A stretch of DNA of 64,000 bases, from the NCBI GenBank assembly GCA_039186235.1, contig JBCDAE010000003.1, forward strand, positions 65,934 through 129,933. The letters are read 5' to 3'. Below the pieces are notes generated by a model. That model saw nothing but the letters and a program-made list of their open reading frames with translations. It had not been told where the DNA came from and did no database searches. The position numbers were made by a program, and so were the translations under genes. Positions 50,039 through 60,264 of the stretch are shown here, one piece after another. Within the stretch, counting starts at the first letter, position 1. The number at the start of each line of letters is the position of its first letter. The stretch comes from Pseudomonadota bacterium. GTDB taxonomy: Bacteria; Pseudomonadota; Alphaproteobacteria; Sphingomonadales; Sphingomonadaceae.

Positions 50039-51847
50039 TCAGTCCGCGAACGCCGCGTCTTCCAGATGCAGCTCGGCAGCCGGGCGAGGGCCCCAATCGT
50101 CGATCTTGACGCGGCCCGCCAAATGGAATCGCCGACCCTGACTGCGGTGCAAAAGCGTTTGTGCCATCTCGGTCTCCGCCGCACGGAACGCGATCGCTTT
50201 AAACGACTTTTGGTCTGAGCCGCTGGCGATAAGGCGCAGATGGTCCTTCCCAACGATATCCGCCCTTATAATCCGCACGGGGCCAACCGCTACGCGCGGG
50301 GCTGGCCACCCGACGCCATAGGGACCCGCTGCATCCAGTGTCTCGACGAGCTCGGGCGTCAGGCCGCCTGGGGCGAGCGCCAGATCCAGCTTCATCGATT
50401 GCCCGAGCAGCGCCTTGTCGACGTCTCGCGCGAGACGTTCATCCAGGAACTGAGTGAAATCGGCGAGCTTGTCAGTCGCGATGGTGAGACCGGCCGCCAT
50501 GGCGTGCCCGCCGCCGGCTGCCAGAAGGCCGTTTTCGCGCGCCGCGATGATGGCCGCGCCTAGATCAACGCCGCCAATGGAGCGTCCACTTCCCTTGCCC
50601 GACCTCTCGTCTTCGTCGAGAGCGATGACTATGGATGGTCGTCCTGTCTTTTCCTTTATGCGCCCGGCCACAATGCCGATCACGCCGGGATGCCATCCTG
50701 AGCCCGCTAGCACGTGGACCGCCATGTTGTGCTGACCTGACAACTGCGCTTCGGCCGCTTCTTGCACGGCCGCTTCGATCGCTCGGCGCTCTTCGTTGAG
50801 GGCGGAGAGTTGCTCCGCGATCTCGCGGGCCTCTTCGGGATCGCGTGTCGTAAGCAAACGCACCCCAAGAGTGGATTCCCCGATGCGACCTCCGGCGTTT
50901 ATCCGTGGCCCAAGGGCAAATCCCAAGTCCGAGGCGATCGGAGCGCGCTTGAGACGGCTGGCGTCAATTAAGGCGGACATGCCTGTGCGCTTGCGCTGGG
51001 CAAGAACTTTCAAACCTTGCGCCACAAACACTCGATTAAGGCCATGCAGCGCGGCAACGTCGGCTACGGTGCCAAGAGCCACCAAATCGAGAAGCTCCAT
51101 CAGCTTGGGTTCGGGTCGGTCCTCAAAAAAGCCACGCTCGCGTAAGGTGCGGACCAACGCGACGGATAGCAGAAACGCGACCCCGACAGCTGCCAAATGC
51201 CCGTGAGCCGCGCCCACATCATTTTCATCGAGTCGGTTCGGATTGACCAAAGCTGCGGTCGGCGGAAGCTCGGGAGAGCACTTGTGATGATCGACAACAA
51301 TCACTTCGACGCCGGCGTCTCGCGCCATGGTCAGCGCTTCATGCGCCATGGCCCCGCAATCCACTGTCACGATCAGGCTGGACCCGTCCTCAGCAAGCTT
51401 GACGAGCGCTTCGCCCGAAGGCCCGTATCCTTCAAGGAGCCGATCGGGGATGTAGTAATCCGCGTGATGACCAAGAGAACGCAGCGTCTCCACAAGCAGC
51501 GCCGCGCTCGTCGCTCCATCGACGTCGTAGTCGCCATAAATGGTGATCTTTTCGCGAGACAGGACCGCATCGGCTATCCGCTCGGCCGCGCGATCCATAT
51601 CGCGAAATTCAGAAGGATTGGGGAGGAACTCGCGCAGAGTAGGGTTGGCGTGCCGGGCCACATCAACTTCGGCCACGCCCCGTGTCATCAGCAACTGGCT
51701 CGTAATATCGTGATTGAGCCGCGCTGCATCGCCGTTGGAATCCATCTCCATATTGCCGCCACGCCATTGCCATGCGCGATCAGATAACGAGTTCGAAACT
51801 CCCAGAACATGCGATAGTGGCGCAGCGCGGCGAACTTTGGTCTCCAT
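50039..51847 (-). CDS. recJ: ssDNA-specific exonuclease RecJ
   Basis: YGDYDVDGATS, VDCG, VDHH, GTVADV, GKGSGRS, GGGHAMAAG. Confidence 0.97.
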   Translation of the reverse strand: METKVRRAAPLSHVLGVSNSLSDRAWQWRGGNMEMDSNGDAARLNHDITSQLLMTRGVAEVDVARHANPTLREFLPNPSEFRDMDRAAERIADAVLSREKITIYGDYDVDGATSAALLVETLRSLGHHADYYIPDRLLEGYGPSGEALVKLAEDGSSLIVTVDCGAMAHEALTMARDAGVEVIVVDHHKCSPELPPTAALVNPNRLDENDVGAAHGHLAAVGVAFLLSVALVRTLRERGFFEDRPEPKLMELLDLVALGTVADVAALHGLNRVFVAQGLKVLAQRKRTGMSALIDASRLKRAPIASDLGFALGPRINAGGRIGESTLGVRLLTTRDPEEAREIAEQLSALNEERRAIEAAVQEAAEAQLSGQHNMAVHVLAGSGWHPGVIGIVAGRIKEKTGRPSIVIALDEDERSGKGSGRSIGGVDLGAAIIAARENGLLAAGGGHAMAAGLTIATDKLADFTQFLDERLARDVDKALLGQSMKLDLALAPGGLTPELVETLDAAGPYGVGWPAPRVAVGPVRIIRADIVGKDHLRLIASGSDQKSFKAIAFRAAETEMAQTLLHRSQGRRFHLAGRVKIDDWGPRPAAELHLEDAAFAD

Positions 51848-51929
51848 AGCCTGAGGTTAGGCTATCCTCGCGTCGGGAAATAGGCCTCTCCGTTGACAAT
51901 CGACAGCCATCCTTGCTTTGCCGGGAGCG

Positions 51930-52433
51930 ATGGGAAATCCGGCATCAGACAAGCGCCTTTTGATCGTATGGCATAGCCGGACGGGCGCAGGCGAGACGAT
52001 GGCCTTCGAGGCGGCCCACGCGGCCCAAGATGAGATTCGTGTCGATCTGCTCAGGGCCGACGATACGACGGTTGAAGATGTTCTTGCTGCGGCCGCCTTC
52101 CTGTTTGTCTGTCCAGAGAATCTGGGAACCATGAGTGGCTCGATGAAAGAGTTCTTTGATCGGTCCTACTATCCTGTCCTTGGTCGGATTGAGGGCCGTC
52201 CATACGGCACCATCATCGCAGCTGGGTCCGATGGGACCGGCGCCGAGCGTCAGTTGGACAGAATAGTCACGGGTTGGCGACTTAACCGGGTAATCGACCC
52301 TTTGATTGTCAACTTCGAAGCGCAAGACGCTGTGTCAATCCTGGCTCCCAAGCGCGTCTCCAACGAGATAGTCGAGAAGTGTCGCGAGATCGGCGCTACG
52401 CTAGGCGCGGGCGCCGCCATGGGAGTATTCTGA
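51930..52433 (+). CDS. Flavodoxin-like FMN-dependent reductase
   Basis: WHSRTG, PENLGTMSGSMKEFFDR, AGSDGTGA. Confidence 0.85.
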   Translation: MGNPASDKRLLIVWHSRTGAGETMAFEAAHAAQDEIRVDLLRADDTTVEDVLAAAAFLFVCPENLGTMSGSMKEFFDRSYYPVLGRIEGRPYGTIIAAGSDGTGAERQLDRIVTGWRLNRVIDPLIVNFEAQDAVSILAPKRVSNEIVEKCREIGATLGAGAAMGVF

Positions 52434-52563
52434 AGGGAACTGTCCGGCTTGGGGATGCTGATTAATCCTGACTCGACGCTCCAATCAAGTATAGGCACGA
52501 TGAAGACTTAGACATGAGACGCTGTTCTTTGGGGACATATTAGGAACTTGGCCAATCGTTAAC

Positions 52564-53379
52564 TTGGTACAACCCGAATCCACCGGGCTTTTCTTGCTCT
52601 TCCCAGCGGGAAAACGGCCCACGCGCGCTGCGTTGAATGAGTTTGCGAAGGCTCAGCAAGCCGTTTTGCTTACGCACGACCCAGCCAGCGAAATCAATCT
52701 GCAGCTTGTCGATCCCAGCCAGAGTCACCCTCAAGTCTTCCGGGAACCCAGCAACGTTTCAACCACTAACGATCCTATTTGGGTCGAGCTTCTGCGAGAG
52801 GGACTGGCTTTTGATCTCATGGGCTTAGCGCCCGGCCCAAGCTACGATTTTTCTGCCTGCGACAATCTTCTTGATCTCGAGACTTCGCCCACGGCCTTTC
52901 GTACCGATGCGCTCTTTCTGACCCTCGGGCAGCATTTGACGGGGGGACAACGCAGTTTGCCCGTGGTCAAAGGATTGGTGGGGCTTGCGCGCGACCTGGT
53001 GCATCATTTTGAAGATGTCGAGGCCGTGATCTGGCCACCCTCGCGCAGCGCGATTGGCCGCGTCCATTTCGAGTCGGTGGCTACCGCGTGGCTCGAAGGG
53101 GGCGCGTTTCCAGCTCCCGGATTAATCGCCTTCAAGCCAGCGATAGACGGCGCGCTGGAAACCGAGGGTCTGGATTACTGGATTGATCAGGAGCTAAGGA
53201 TCGAACCGCCTTTGTCGAACGACAGATTGGCTGCGACGCGGCTCGCAGTGCGCCTGGTCAATCGGCTGGTTATTCTTGGCAATCTGCGGGACTCCGAACG
53301 TATGGCCGGGCCTGATGGCCGAACTTTGGTCTTGCGCCCGTCCGAGAATCGAAAATTCGTGAGGGTTTGGCAAGAATAG
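52564..53379 (+). CDS. Hypothetical protein (possibly DUF4261-like)
   Basis: 271-aa open frame with TTG start; family guess only. Confidence 0.6.
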   Translation: MVQPESTGLFLLFPAGKRPTRAALNEFAKAQQAVLLTHDPASEINLQLVDPSQSHPQVFREPSNVSTTNDPIWVELLREGLAFDLMGLAPGPSYDFSACDNLLDLETSPTAFRTDALFLTLGQHLTGGQRSLPVVKGLVGLARDLVHHFEDVEAVIWPPSRSAIGRVHFESVATAWLEGGAFPAPGLIAFKPAIDGALETEGLDYWIDQELRIEPPLSNDRLAATRLAVRLVNRLVILGNLRDSERMAGPDGRTLVLRPSENRKFVRVWQE

Positions 53380-53417
53380 GATGGCCGAGGCGCTTTGGGC
53401 CTCGACCTGAGGTCCCA

Positions 53418-54422
53418 TTATTCGGCGGCTTCGGCCATGTCCTGCCAGCTGACATAGCCCGATTTGGCGGCCAACGCGGCCTTGGCCTCGTGATATTCAC
53501 GCTCAAACCGCGCCACCATGTCCTCGACCGTACCGACCGACTTAACCGAACCGATGCCTTGACCCGAGCCCCAGATATCTTTCCAGGCTTTGGCCTTGGT
53601 GTTGCCGCCCGAGCCAAAGTTCATCTTGGACGGGTCGCTTTCCGGCAGGTCATCGGGATCCAATCCCGCGTTCTCGATGGAGGAGCGCAGGTAGTTGCCG
53701 TGCACGCCGGTGAAGAGGTTGGAATAGACGATGCCTTCCGCGGAGCCTTCCACGATACCGTTCTTGTAGCCCTGATCGGCGTTGGCCTCCTCGGTCGCGA
53801 TGAACGCGCTGCCGCAATAGCCGAAATCGGCGCCCATCGCCTGAGCAGCCAAGATGGACGACCCGTGCGCGATCGAGCCCGACAGAGCGATCAATCCATC
53901 GAACCATTCGCGAATTTCGCGCATCAGAGCGAAGGGCGACTGCGTGCCCGCGTGACCACCCGCGCCCGCGGCGACGGGGATCAGGCCATCGGCGCCTTTC
54001 TCGATCGCTTTGTTGGCAAAGCGGTTGTTGATGATGTCGTGCATCGTGATCCCGCCCCAGTTGCGCACCGCGTCGAAGATCTCGGTGCGCGCGCCGAGCG
54101 AGGTGATGATCATCGGCACCTGCCATTTTTCGCACGTCGCCATGTCCTGCATCACACGGTCGTTCGACTTATGAACGATCTGGTTGACCGCATACGGCGC
54201 TGCCGGGCGATCCGGATTTTCACGATTGTGCTTTGCCAATTCTTCGGTGATTTGGTGCAGCCATTCATCAAGAAGAGACTGCGGCCGCGCGTTCAGCGCC
54301 GGAAAGCTGCCCACTATGCCCGCTTTGCATTGCGCGATCACCAATTCGGGGCCCGAGACAATAAACAGCGGGGAACCGATCAGCGGCAGGCGCATGCGAT
54401 CGAAAGGGGCGGGAAGGGACAT
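53418..54422 (-). CDS. Nitronate monooxygenase family flavoprotein
   Basis: PLIGSPLFIVS, AGAGGHAG, MGADFGYCGSAFIAT, WGSGQG. Confidence 0.92.
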   Translation of the reverse strand: MSLPAPFDRMRLPLIGSPLFIVSGPELVIAQCKAGIVGSFPALNARPQSLLDEWLHQITEELAKHNRENPDRPAAPYAVNQIVHKSNDRVMQDMATCEKWQVPMIITSLGARTEIFDAVRNWGGITMHDIINNRFANKAIEKGADGLIPVAAGAGGHAGTQSPFALMREIREWFDGLIALSGSIAHGSSILAAQAMGADFGYCGSAFIATEEANADQGYKNGIVEGSAEGIVYSNLFTGVHGNYLRSSIENAGLDPDDLPESDPSKMNFGSGGNTKAKAWKDIWGSGQGIGSVKSVGTVEDMVARFEREYHEAKAALAAKSGYVSWQDMAEAAE

Positions 54423-54479
54423 AGGGTACTCTCCGTCTGAAAGTCAGATTTTCAGTGGCTGATAAAGACTGGTTTTGTC

Positions 54480-55523
54480 TCAGGCAAGCGTATCATCAAG
54501 CGCATAGAACGCTCTCGCGTTCCCGGCATAAAGCGCCGCTTTCTCCTCGGCGCTGGCACCGGACGTGATCCGCTTGAAGGTGTTCCACAACACAGGATAG
54601 GTCGCGCCCCAGCGATCCACCGGGTAATTGCTTTCAAACATGGCCCGATCCGTACCGAACGCTTCGATGCAGGTTTCGATGTAAGGCTTCCAAAGCGGCG
54701 CGAGGCGTTCGGACGACCAGCCGGCCGCGGGTCCTTCAGGCGGCAAGTCGCAATTATGCATGGCGAGCCCGCCGAGTTTCACCATCACATTCTCGCATTT
54801 GCCGAGTTCGAGGATGTTGGCGCGCCAGATATCAAACCGCTCTTCAAGCTTGCTCGAATAGCTCGCGTTGCCAAGAGGCGTGCCGCAGTGGTCCAAGCAA
54901 ATCGGCGTGTCCGGAAAGGCGCGGGCCAAATCGATCACGTCGGGGATTTGAGGCTCGAGGATCCATGCATCGAAACTCATCCCGCGCTTGCCCAGTTCGG
55001 CGAATCCTTCGCGGAAAGTCGCGTCTTTGTAGAGTTCGGGCGGGGCGTGGAACGGAGGGCCGAGAACCTCGGGGTCGGCGTCCCACGCGCCCTGGTGCCG
55101 AATGCCCTTAAAGCGGTCGGACGAGGCGGCTTTCAGCGCGTCCAGTACGTCGCCCGCCGCCGCGCCTTGGAGCAGGTCCGCGTGACCCACGATCCCGGCG
55201 CACAGCCGCAGATCGCCGTAAAGACCGCTTGCGCTTTGCGCGGCGACGCCGTTGACAAACTCGACTTCGCCTACGACTTTTTTCGCTTCGCCATAGGCTG
55301 CGTTGTAGAAGGCCCCGCACTCCATAAAGACGGTGGCGATGACGTTGTGGCCAGACGTGACTTCGGCGTGGAGATGGTCAAACCCGTAATAAGCCACCGG
55401 AATGAGCGTTTCGATGAAGCGATGCCTGGGTTCGGGAAACATCGGCAACATGGCCCGCAAGTCCCAGAGGTGATGGTGCGGGTCGATGATCGACAGATCG
55501 GGTTCAAGAATTTCTTCGGTCAT
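54480..55523 (-). CDS. Amidohydrolase family protein
   Basis: IIDPHHHLW, LDHCG, VKLGG, RAMFESNYPVD. Confidence 0.92.
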   Translation of the reverse strand: MTEEILEPDLSIIDPHHHLWDLRAMLPMFPEPRHRFIETLIPVAYYGFDHLHAEVTSGHNVIATVFMECGAFYNAAYGEAKKVVGEVEFVNGVAAQSASGLYGDLRLCAGIVGHADLLQGAAAGDVLDALKAASSDRFKGIRHQGAWDADPEVLGPPFHAPPELYKDATFREGFAELGKRGMSFDAWILEPQIPDVIDLARAFPDTPICLDHCGTPLGNASYSSKLEERFDIWRANILELGKCENVMVKLGGLAMHNCDLPPEGPAAGWSSERLAPLWKPYIETCIEAFGTDRAMFESNYPVDRWGATYPVLWNTFKRITSGASAEEKAALYAGNARAFYALDDTLA

Positions 55524-55819
55524 GGCTGCACATCTCTCCTTTGTGCGTCCGGTATCTGGTTTCGATATGGCAGATCGCCGCGCGTTCTGAAACTGGCCAT
55601 TCTGTCCGCTGCAAAAGTGACAAAAGTGACAGTGTGTCCGGGGTCAACAATCACAATTTAGTTAAAGATTGCAATAATCTATCCGACGAACTTAAAAGTG
55701 ACACTTCTCAAGATTTTTTCGACCTTTAGGCGATGAGCAAGCAGACTGACGCAACCTGCTTACTCGCTCGCCGATGCAATTGTAGGAAAGGCAAAAGGGG
55801 CTAGATGTTCTCTGCGATG

Positions 55820-57505
55820 TCAGCCTTCGGCGGTTTGCACCACGCTGTTCGCCGCGCTCAGAACCGCGCGCACGCTGGCGGTGGCGACGTCGGTGTCGAT
55901 CCCGCAGCCCCAGATCACGCGGCCGCCGGATTGGCACATCAAATAGGCCGCGGCGCGCGCATCACGACCGGTGCCTAGCGCGTGTTCGGTGTAGTCGAGC
56001 ACTTTGAGATCCAGGTCGAACGCTTGCTCCAACGTGGTGACCACGCTGGAAATCAAGCCGTTGCCCCGGCCCGACACGCTTTGTTCTCCACCTAGCACCG
56101 CAATCTTGCCTGAAAAGACGCGCGTGCCGTCCGAGGCGCGGCTTTCTTCGTAGTCGACCAGTTGAAAGTGCTTGTCCGGCGTTTGCACGTGGTAGGCGCG
56201 TTTGAACGCGTCCCAGATGTCATCCGCGTTAAGCTCGCGCCCCAATTCATCCGCTAGGTTCTGCACCGCGCGGCTGAAATCAGCTTGCATCTTTTTGGGC
56301 AGTTTGAGGCCCTGATCCTTTTCGAGCACCCAGGCGAAGCCGCCTTTGCCGCTTTGCGAATTGACCCGGATGACCGCTTCGTAATTGCGGCCCAGATCGG
56401 CAGGATCAATCGGCAGATAGGGAACGCGCCAGCCTTCGTCGTTCTGCGTTTCGCGGGCTTCGAACCCTTTCTTGATCGCATCCTGATGGCTGCCGGAAAA
56501 GGCGGTGTAGACCAGTTCGCCTCCATAGGGATGGCGCTGGTGGACGGGCAGGTCGTTGCAATATTCGACAGTCTCAATCACGCGGTCGATATCGGAGAAG
56601 TCAAGCCCCGGATCGACGCCCTGGGTGTACATATTAAGCGCCATCGTCACGAGGCAGCAATTGCCCGTGCGCTCTCCATTGCCGAACAAGCACCCTTCGA
56701 CGCGGTCCGCGCCCGCCATCAGGCCCAATTCCGCCGCTGCGACGCCGGTGCCGCGATCGTTATGCGTGTGGAGGCTGATCACCGCGCTCTCGCGATTGGG
56801 CAGATTGCGGCAGAAGTACTCGATCTGGTCGGCGTAGATATTGGGCGTTGCCGCTTCGACTGTGGCTGGAAGATTGAGGATGATGGGCTTTTCGGGCGTG
56901 GGGGCGAGCACTTCCATCACAGCCGCGCACACCTCGATGCTGAAATCGATTTCGGCGGTTGAGAAGGTTTCGGGGCTGTATTGGAAGTTCCAGTCCGTGT
57001 TCGGTTGCTTGGCCGCTTCGTCGCGCATCACCTTTGCGCCCGCCTCAGCAATGCCGCGCACCTCGTCTTTCGACATGCGGAACACGATATCGCGCCAGGC
57101 GGGCGAGACCGCGTTGTAGAGGTGAACGATCGCCTGTTTCGCGCCGGTCAGGCTTTCAAACGAGGTGCGGATCAGGTCTTCGCGCGATTGGGTGAGCACC
57201 TGCACGGTTACATCATCGGGCACAGCGCCCGATTGCACGAGGCCAGAAATAAAGTCGAACTCGGTCGCGCCCGCGCTGGGAAAGCCGATTTCGATCTCCT
57301 TTACCCCGACTTCGACGAGCAGGTCGAAGAAGCGCCGCTTTTTCACCGCGTCCATCGGATCAATGATCGATTGATTTCCGTCGCGCAGATCAGTGGAAAG
57401 CCAGCGTGGCGCCTTCTCAATCAGGCGCGCGGGCCATTGGCGATCGGGCAAATTGATCTGGCCAAAGGCGGCGTATTTGCGGGAGGGGTCTTTCAACATG
57501 GACAT
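55820..57505 (-). CDS. leuA: 2-isopropylmalate synthase
   Basis: [38 protein letters not shown], regulatory GRGNG. Confidence 0.97.
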   Translation of the reverse strand: MSMLKDPSRKYAAFGQINLPDRQWPARLIEKAPRWLSTDLRDGNQSIIDPMDAVKKRRFFDLLVEVGVKEIEIGFPSAGATEFDFISGLVQSGAVPDDVTVQVLTQSREDLIRTSFESLTGAKQAIVHLYNAVSPAWRDIVFRMSKDEVRGIAEAGAKVMRDEAAKQPNTDWNFQYSPETFSTAEIDFSIEVCAAVMEVLAPTPEKPIILNLPATVEAATPNIYADQIEYFCRNLPNRESAVISLHTHNDRGTGVAAAELGLMAGADRVEGCLFGNGERTGNCCLVTMALNMYTQGVDPGLDFSDIDRVIETVEYCNDLPVHQRHPYGGELVYTAFSGSHQDAIKKGFEARETQNDEGWRVPYLPIDPADLGRNYEAVIRVNSQSGKGGFAWVLEKDQGLKLPKKMQADFSRAVQNLADELGRELNADDIWDAFKRAYHVQTPDKHFQLVDYEESRASDGTRVFSGKIAVLGGEQSVSGRGNGLISSVVTTLEQAFDLDLKVLDYTEHALGTGRDARAAAYLMCQSGGRVIWGCGIDTDVATASVRAVLSAANSVVQTAEG

Positions 57506-57592
57506 GACGGGTGACTTTTCGCGAGAACGTTTGGGAAGAGCGTTGGGCGGGTCCCTTGGAAGATCAGCCCCGCGCGTCTCACGCCAAAGCCT

Positions 57593-57643
57593 TCACCTCC
57601 AAGGGCGAATAAGTCGTAGGCTAAGGAGCGCAATCGTCGTCAT
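57593..57643 (-). CDS. leuA attenuator leader peptide MTTIALLSLRLIRPWR
   Basis: 16 codons with Leu cluster CTC CTT AGC CTA CGA CTT, ending 87 nt before leuA. Confidence 0.7.
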   Translation of the reverse strand: MTTIALLSLRLIRPWR

Positions 57644-57685
57644 CCGCAGTCTCTTTGCGGAAAAAATCGCGTTGCGCAAGATCGC

Positions 57686-57714
57686 GTGTAACCTTGGGCT
57701 CATGTTGCGCGAAC
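57686..57714 (+). promoter_or_regulatory. ECF sigma promoter (sigmaF/ECF16-like) of YHS gene 1
   Basis: GTGTAACC-N16-CGAAC (GTAACC 57688-57693, CGAA 57710-57713). Confidence 0.7.
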
Positions 57715-57787
57715 TGGCGAGTGTTACCTCGGAAACAGGCATCTGAGGTTTCGATTACGAATTCCATTCCCCAGGAGGAGAATACCA

Positions 57788-58342
57788 ATGAAGACTTCGA
57801 TTTTTGCCCTCGCTCTCGTCGCTGGCCTTGCGGCGTGCTCGGCCCCGGCCGAAACCACGGAAGCCCCCGTTGACGCGATGGCGGCGGAAGCTCCGGCTGA
57901 CGCAGGCCTTTACCGCGATCTTGGCGGCGAAGCGACCGGCCCCGTTTTCCGCAAAGCCAAAGCCGACACGCTCGCCGTATCCGGCTTTGACGTGGTCAGC
58001 TACTTCACCGGCGAAGGCGTCCCCACCGAAGGATCGGAAGAATTCACCGTGCGCTATCAGGGCTACGACTATCTTTTCGCCAGCGCGGAGAACGCCGACA
58101 CCTTTATCGCGGACCCGACCAAGTACGCGCCGGCCTATGGCGGCTATTGCGCCTGGGCGATCGGTGCCAACGACGCCCTCGCGCCGGGTGATCCCAACGT
58201 CTACAAGATCGTCGACGGTACGCTCTATCTGAACTTCAACGAGAGCGTCGCTGAGCGTTGGAACGCTGACATCCCCGGCTTTATCGCCAAGGCGGACACC
58301 AACTATCCGACCCACTCGGCCGATGAGCACTACCAAGACTAA
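57788..58342 (+). CDS. YHS-domain (seleno)protein-family lipoprotein, paralog 1
   Basis: Lipobox LAA-C, AVSGFDVVSYF, APAYGGYCAWA, KIVDGTLYLNFN. Confidence 0.8.
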   Translation: MKTSIFALALVAGLAACSAPAETTEAPVDAMAAEAPADAGLYRDLGGEATGPVFRKAKADTLAVSGFDVVSYFTGEGVPTEGSEEFTVRYQGYDYLFASAENADTFIADPTKYAPAYGGYCAWAIGANDALAPGDPNVYKIVDGTLYLNFNESVAERWNADIPGFIAKADTNYPTHSADEHYQD

Positions 58343-58394
58343 GGCGCGAGCCTAAACGTGTTGAGCTGATGCAACCTCTGGTCGGCTCAAAACG

Positions 58395-58422
58395 AACCCC
58401 CGTCACCGTGGTGGCGGGGGTT
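58395..58422. terminator. Bidirectional intrinsic terminator
   Basis: AACCCCCGTCAC/GTGGCGGGGGTT hairpin between convergent genes. Confidence 0.8.
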
Positions 58423-58428
58423 TCGCGT

Positions 58429-58899
58429 TTAGCCGCAGCGAATGTCGCGGATAATCCCGTCCACCGCGATCATCACGTTCAGGCGTGGGTTGGTGGGATC
58501 GGGTTTGATGTAGTCGCCGCCCGGCGCGATAAAGCGAACTTCGGTCACATCGTTGGCGACTTCGAGAATTTGGGCGCGCACATCGGCGTCGGGCTGTTGG
58601 CCGATGAACTGTCCGAACAGGTTTGCGTTGCACGCCGTGTTGGGGTCGGTCGCGGTGCCGGGGTTGAAAGGGCCTGACGCGATGGTTTCGAGCGGCTCGG
58701 CCACGGTTGGCGCCGCCACGGGCGCGCCGGGCGTCGCCTCAGCAGTTGGCGCGTCGGCCTTCGAAGTTTTCTCGCCGTTGATGCGCGCGGCGTAGTCGTC
58801 CGCCTGGCTGGCGGCCGCGGTGTCTTCCTCCGCCGGAGCGCCGCACGCGGCCAAAGCCAGCAGCGCCGCCGGAACCATGGATTTGCCATGAATCGTCAT
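58429..58899 (-). CDS. Lipoprotein with peptidase-inhibitor I78-like domain
   Basis: Lipobox LAA-C, C..N..GQFIGQ, DP.NPRLNV, terminal IRCG. Confidence 0.75.
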   Translation of the reverse strand: MTIHGKSMVPAALLALAACGAPAEEDTAAASQADDYAARINGEKTSKADAPTAEATPGAPVAAPTVAEPLETIASGPFNPGTATDPNTACNANLFGQFIGQQPDADVRAQILEVANDVTEVRFIAPGGDYIKPDPTNPRLNVMIAVDGIIRDIRCG

Positions 58900-58987
58900 G
58901 TCGTGCCCCAAGACTAAGCCTTCGTGCTCCCCGCGCTAAAGAGACATTTTCGTGTCAGCTTAATGACACGGAGCCCCTCGAGTCTCA

Positions 58988-60136
58988 TCACCGGACTCTC
59001 AAACGGCTGCGTGTCAGCTGATCGACCTTCGTGACGCCCATCAGCCGCATGCCGCGTTCTATCTCGTCCTTGAGCAGGCTAAGCGCCCGCTCAACACCGT
59101 CTTGGCCCGCGGCCGCCAGCGCGTAGAGATAAAGCCGTCCGCCCGAAGCCGCGGTCGCCCCTGTGCACAGCGCTTTCAAAGCGTGCGTCCCGCGCCGCAC
59201 GCCGCCGTCGCAGATAATCTCGATGTCGCCGCCCACCGCGTCAACAATCTCTTCCAATTGGTCGAACGGCGCGCGGCTGCCGTCCAGTTGCCGCCCGCCA
59301 TGGTTCGACAGCATGATCCCATCCGCGCCGATTTCGACCGCGCGGCGCGCGTCAGCGACGCTCATAACGCCTTTGAGCACAAAGGTGCCGCCCCATTGTT
59401 CGCGAATGGAGGCGGCGGTGGACCAATCCATCGAGGTGTCGAGCATCGTGTTGAAATATTCCGCGATGCTGACCGCCTGGCTCGATCCTTCGCTGACATG
59501 CGTGTCGAGATTGGGCAGGCGGAATTTCTCACGAAGGACATAGTCGAGCGTCCACTTGGGTCGCGTGGCGTAGCTCCACACGCTTGCGGGGGTAAAGCGG
59601 GGCGGGGTGGTGAAACCGGAACGCAGACACCGCTCACGCTTGCCCGAAACGATCGTGTCGACCGTCAAAGCCATACAATCGAACTTTGCCGCCTGGCACC
59701 GCTCGATCATGTGCGTGTTGAGCCCCTTGTCCTTGTGAACATAGAGCTGGAACATCTTGGGTCCGCTTGTAAGCGCGGCGATTTCTTCAATCGAACGCGT
59801 AGCGAGGCTGGAAATGCCGAACCACAGCCCGAACTTTTCCGCTGCCTTGGCGACGGCGGTTTCGCCCTGCCAGTGGAACGCGCGCTGGACGGCGGTCGGA
59901 GAAAGCAGCAGGGGCAGGGCGCTCTGGCGGCCAAGGATCGTGCAGGACGTGTCGATTTCGTCCACCCCGGCCAGCACATCTGGCACAAGGTCCACAGCCT
60001 CATAGGCCACGGTGTTGCGCGCTTTGGTCAGCTCGTCATCCGCCGCGCCATCGATGTAATCGAACACCGGGAAGGGCAGCCGCTTCTTCGCCAGCGTGCG
60101 AAAATCGTCGATATTATGACAGTCTGAGAGGCGCAT
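58988..60136 (-). CDS. lldD: FMN-dependent alpha-hydroxy-acid oxidase / L-lactate dehydrogenase
   Basis: FDYIDGAA, FQLY, LSNHGGRQLD, DGGVRRGT; substrate not determinable from sequence. Confidence 0.85.
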   Translation of the reverse strand: MRLSDCHNIDDFRTLAKKRLPFPVFDYIDGAADDELTKARNTVAYEAVDLVPDVLAGVDEIDTSCTILGRQSALPLLLSPTAVQRAFHWQGETAVAKAAEKFGLWFGISSLATRSIEEIAALTSGPKMFQLYVHKDKGLNTHMIERCQAAKFDCMALTVDTIVSGKRERCLRSGFTTPPRFTPASVWSYATRPKWTLDYVLREKFRLPNLDTHVSEGSSQAVSIAEYFNTMLDTSMDWSTAASIREQWGGTFVLKGVMSVADARRAVEIGADGIMLSNHGGRQLDGSRAPFDQLEEIVDAVGGDIEIICDGGVRRGTHALKALCTGATAASGGRLYLYALAAAGQDGVERALSLLKDEIERGMRLMGVTKVDQLTRSRLRVR

Positions 60137-60227
60137 AGCTGCCCGAGCCTCTGGCCGATTGCGCTTTCCAAGTCGACCCTTTCCGCTTGGGCGCGGCGCT
60201 TCGACGCATACTTTTTTTTGAAAGACA

Positions 60228-60256
60228 GTGTCACCAATCGGGCGGGCGCTGCGAAC
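60228..60256 (+). promoter_or_regulatory. ECF sigma promoter (sigmaF/ECF16-like) of YHS gene 2 / Cys-rich operon
   Basis: GTGTCACC-N16-CGAAC (GTCACC 60230-60235, CGAA 60252-60255). Confidence 0.68.
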
Positions 60257-60264
60257 ACTTGGAT

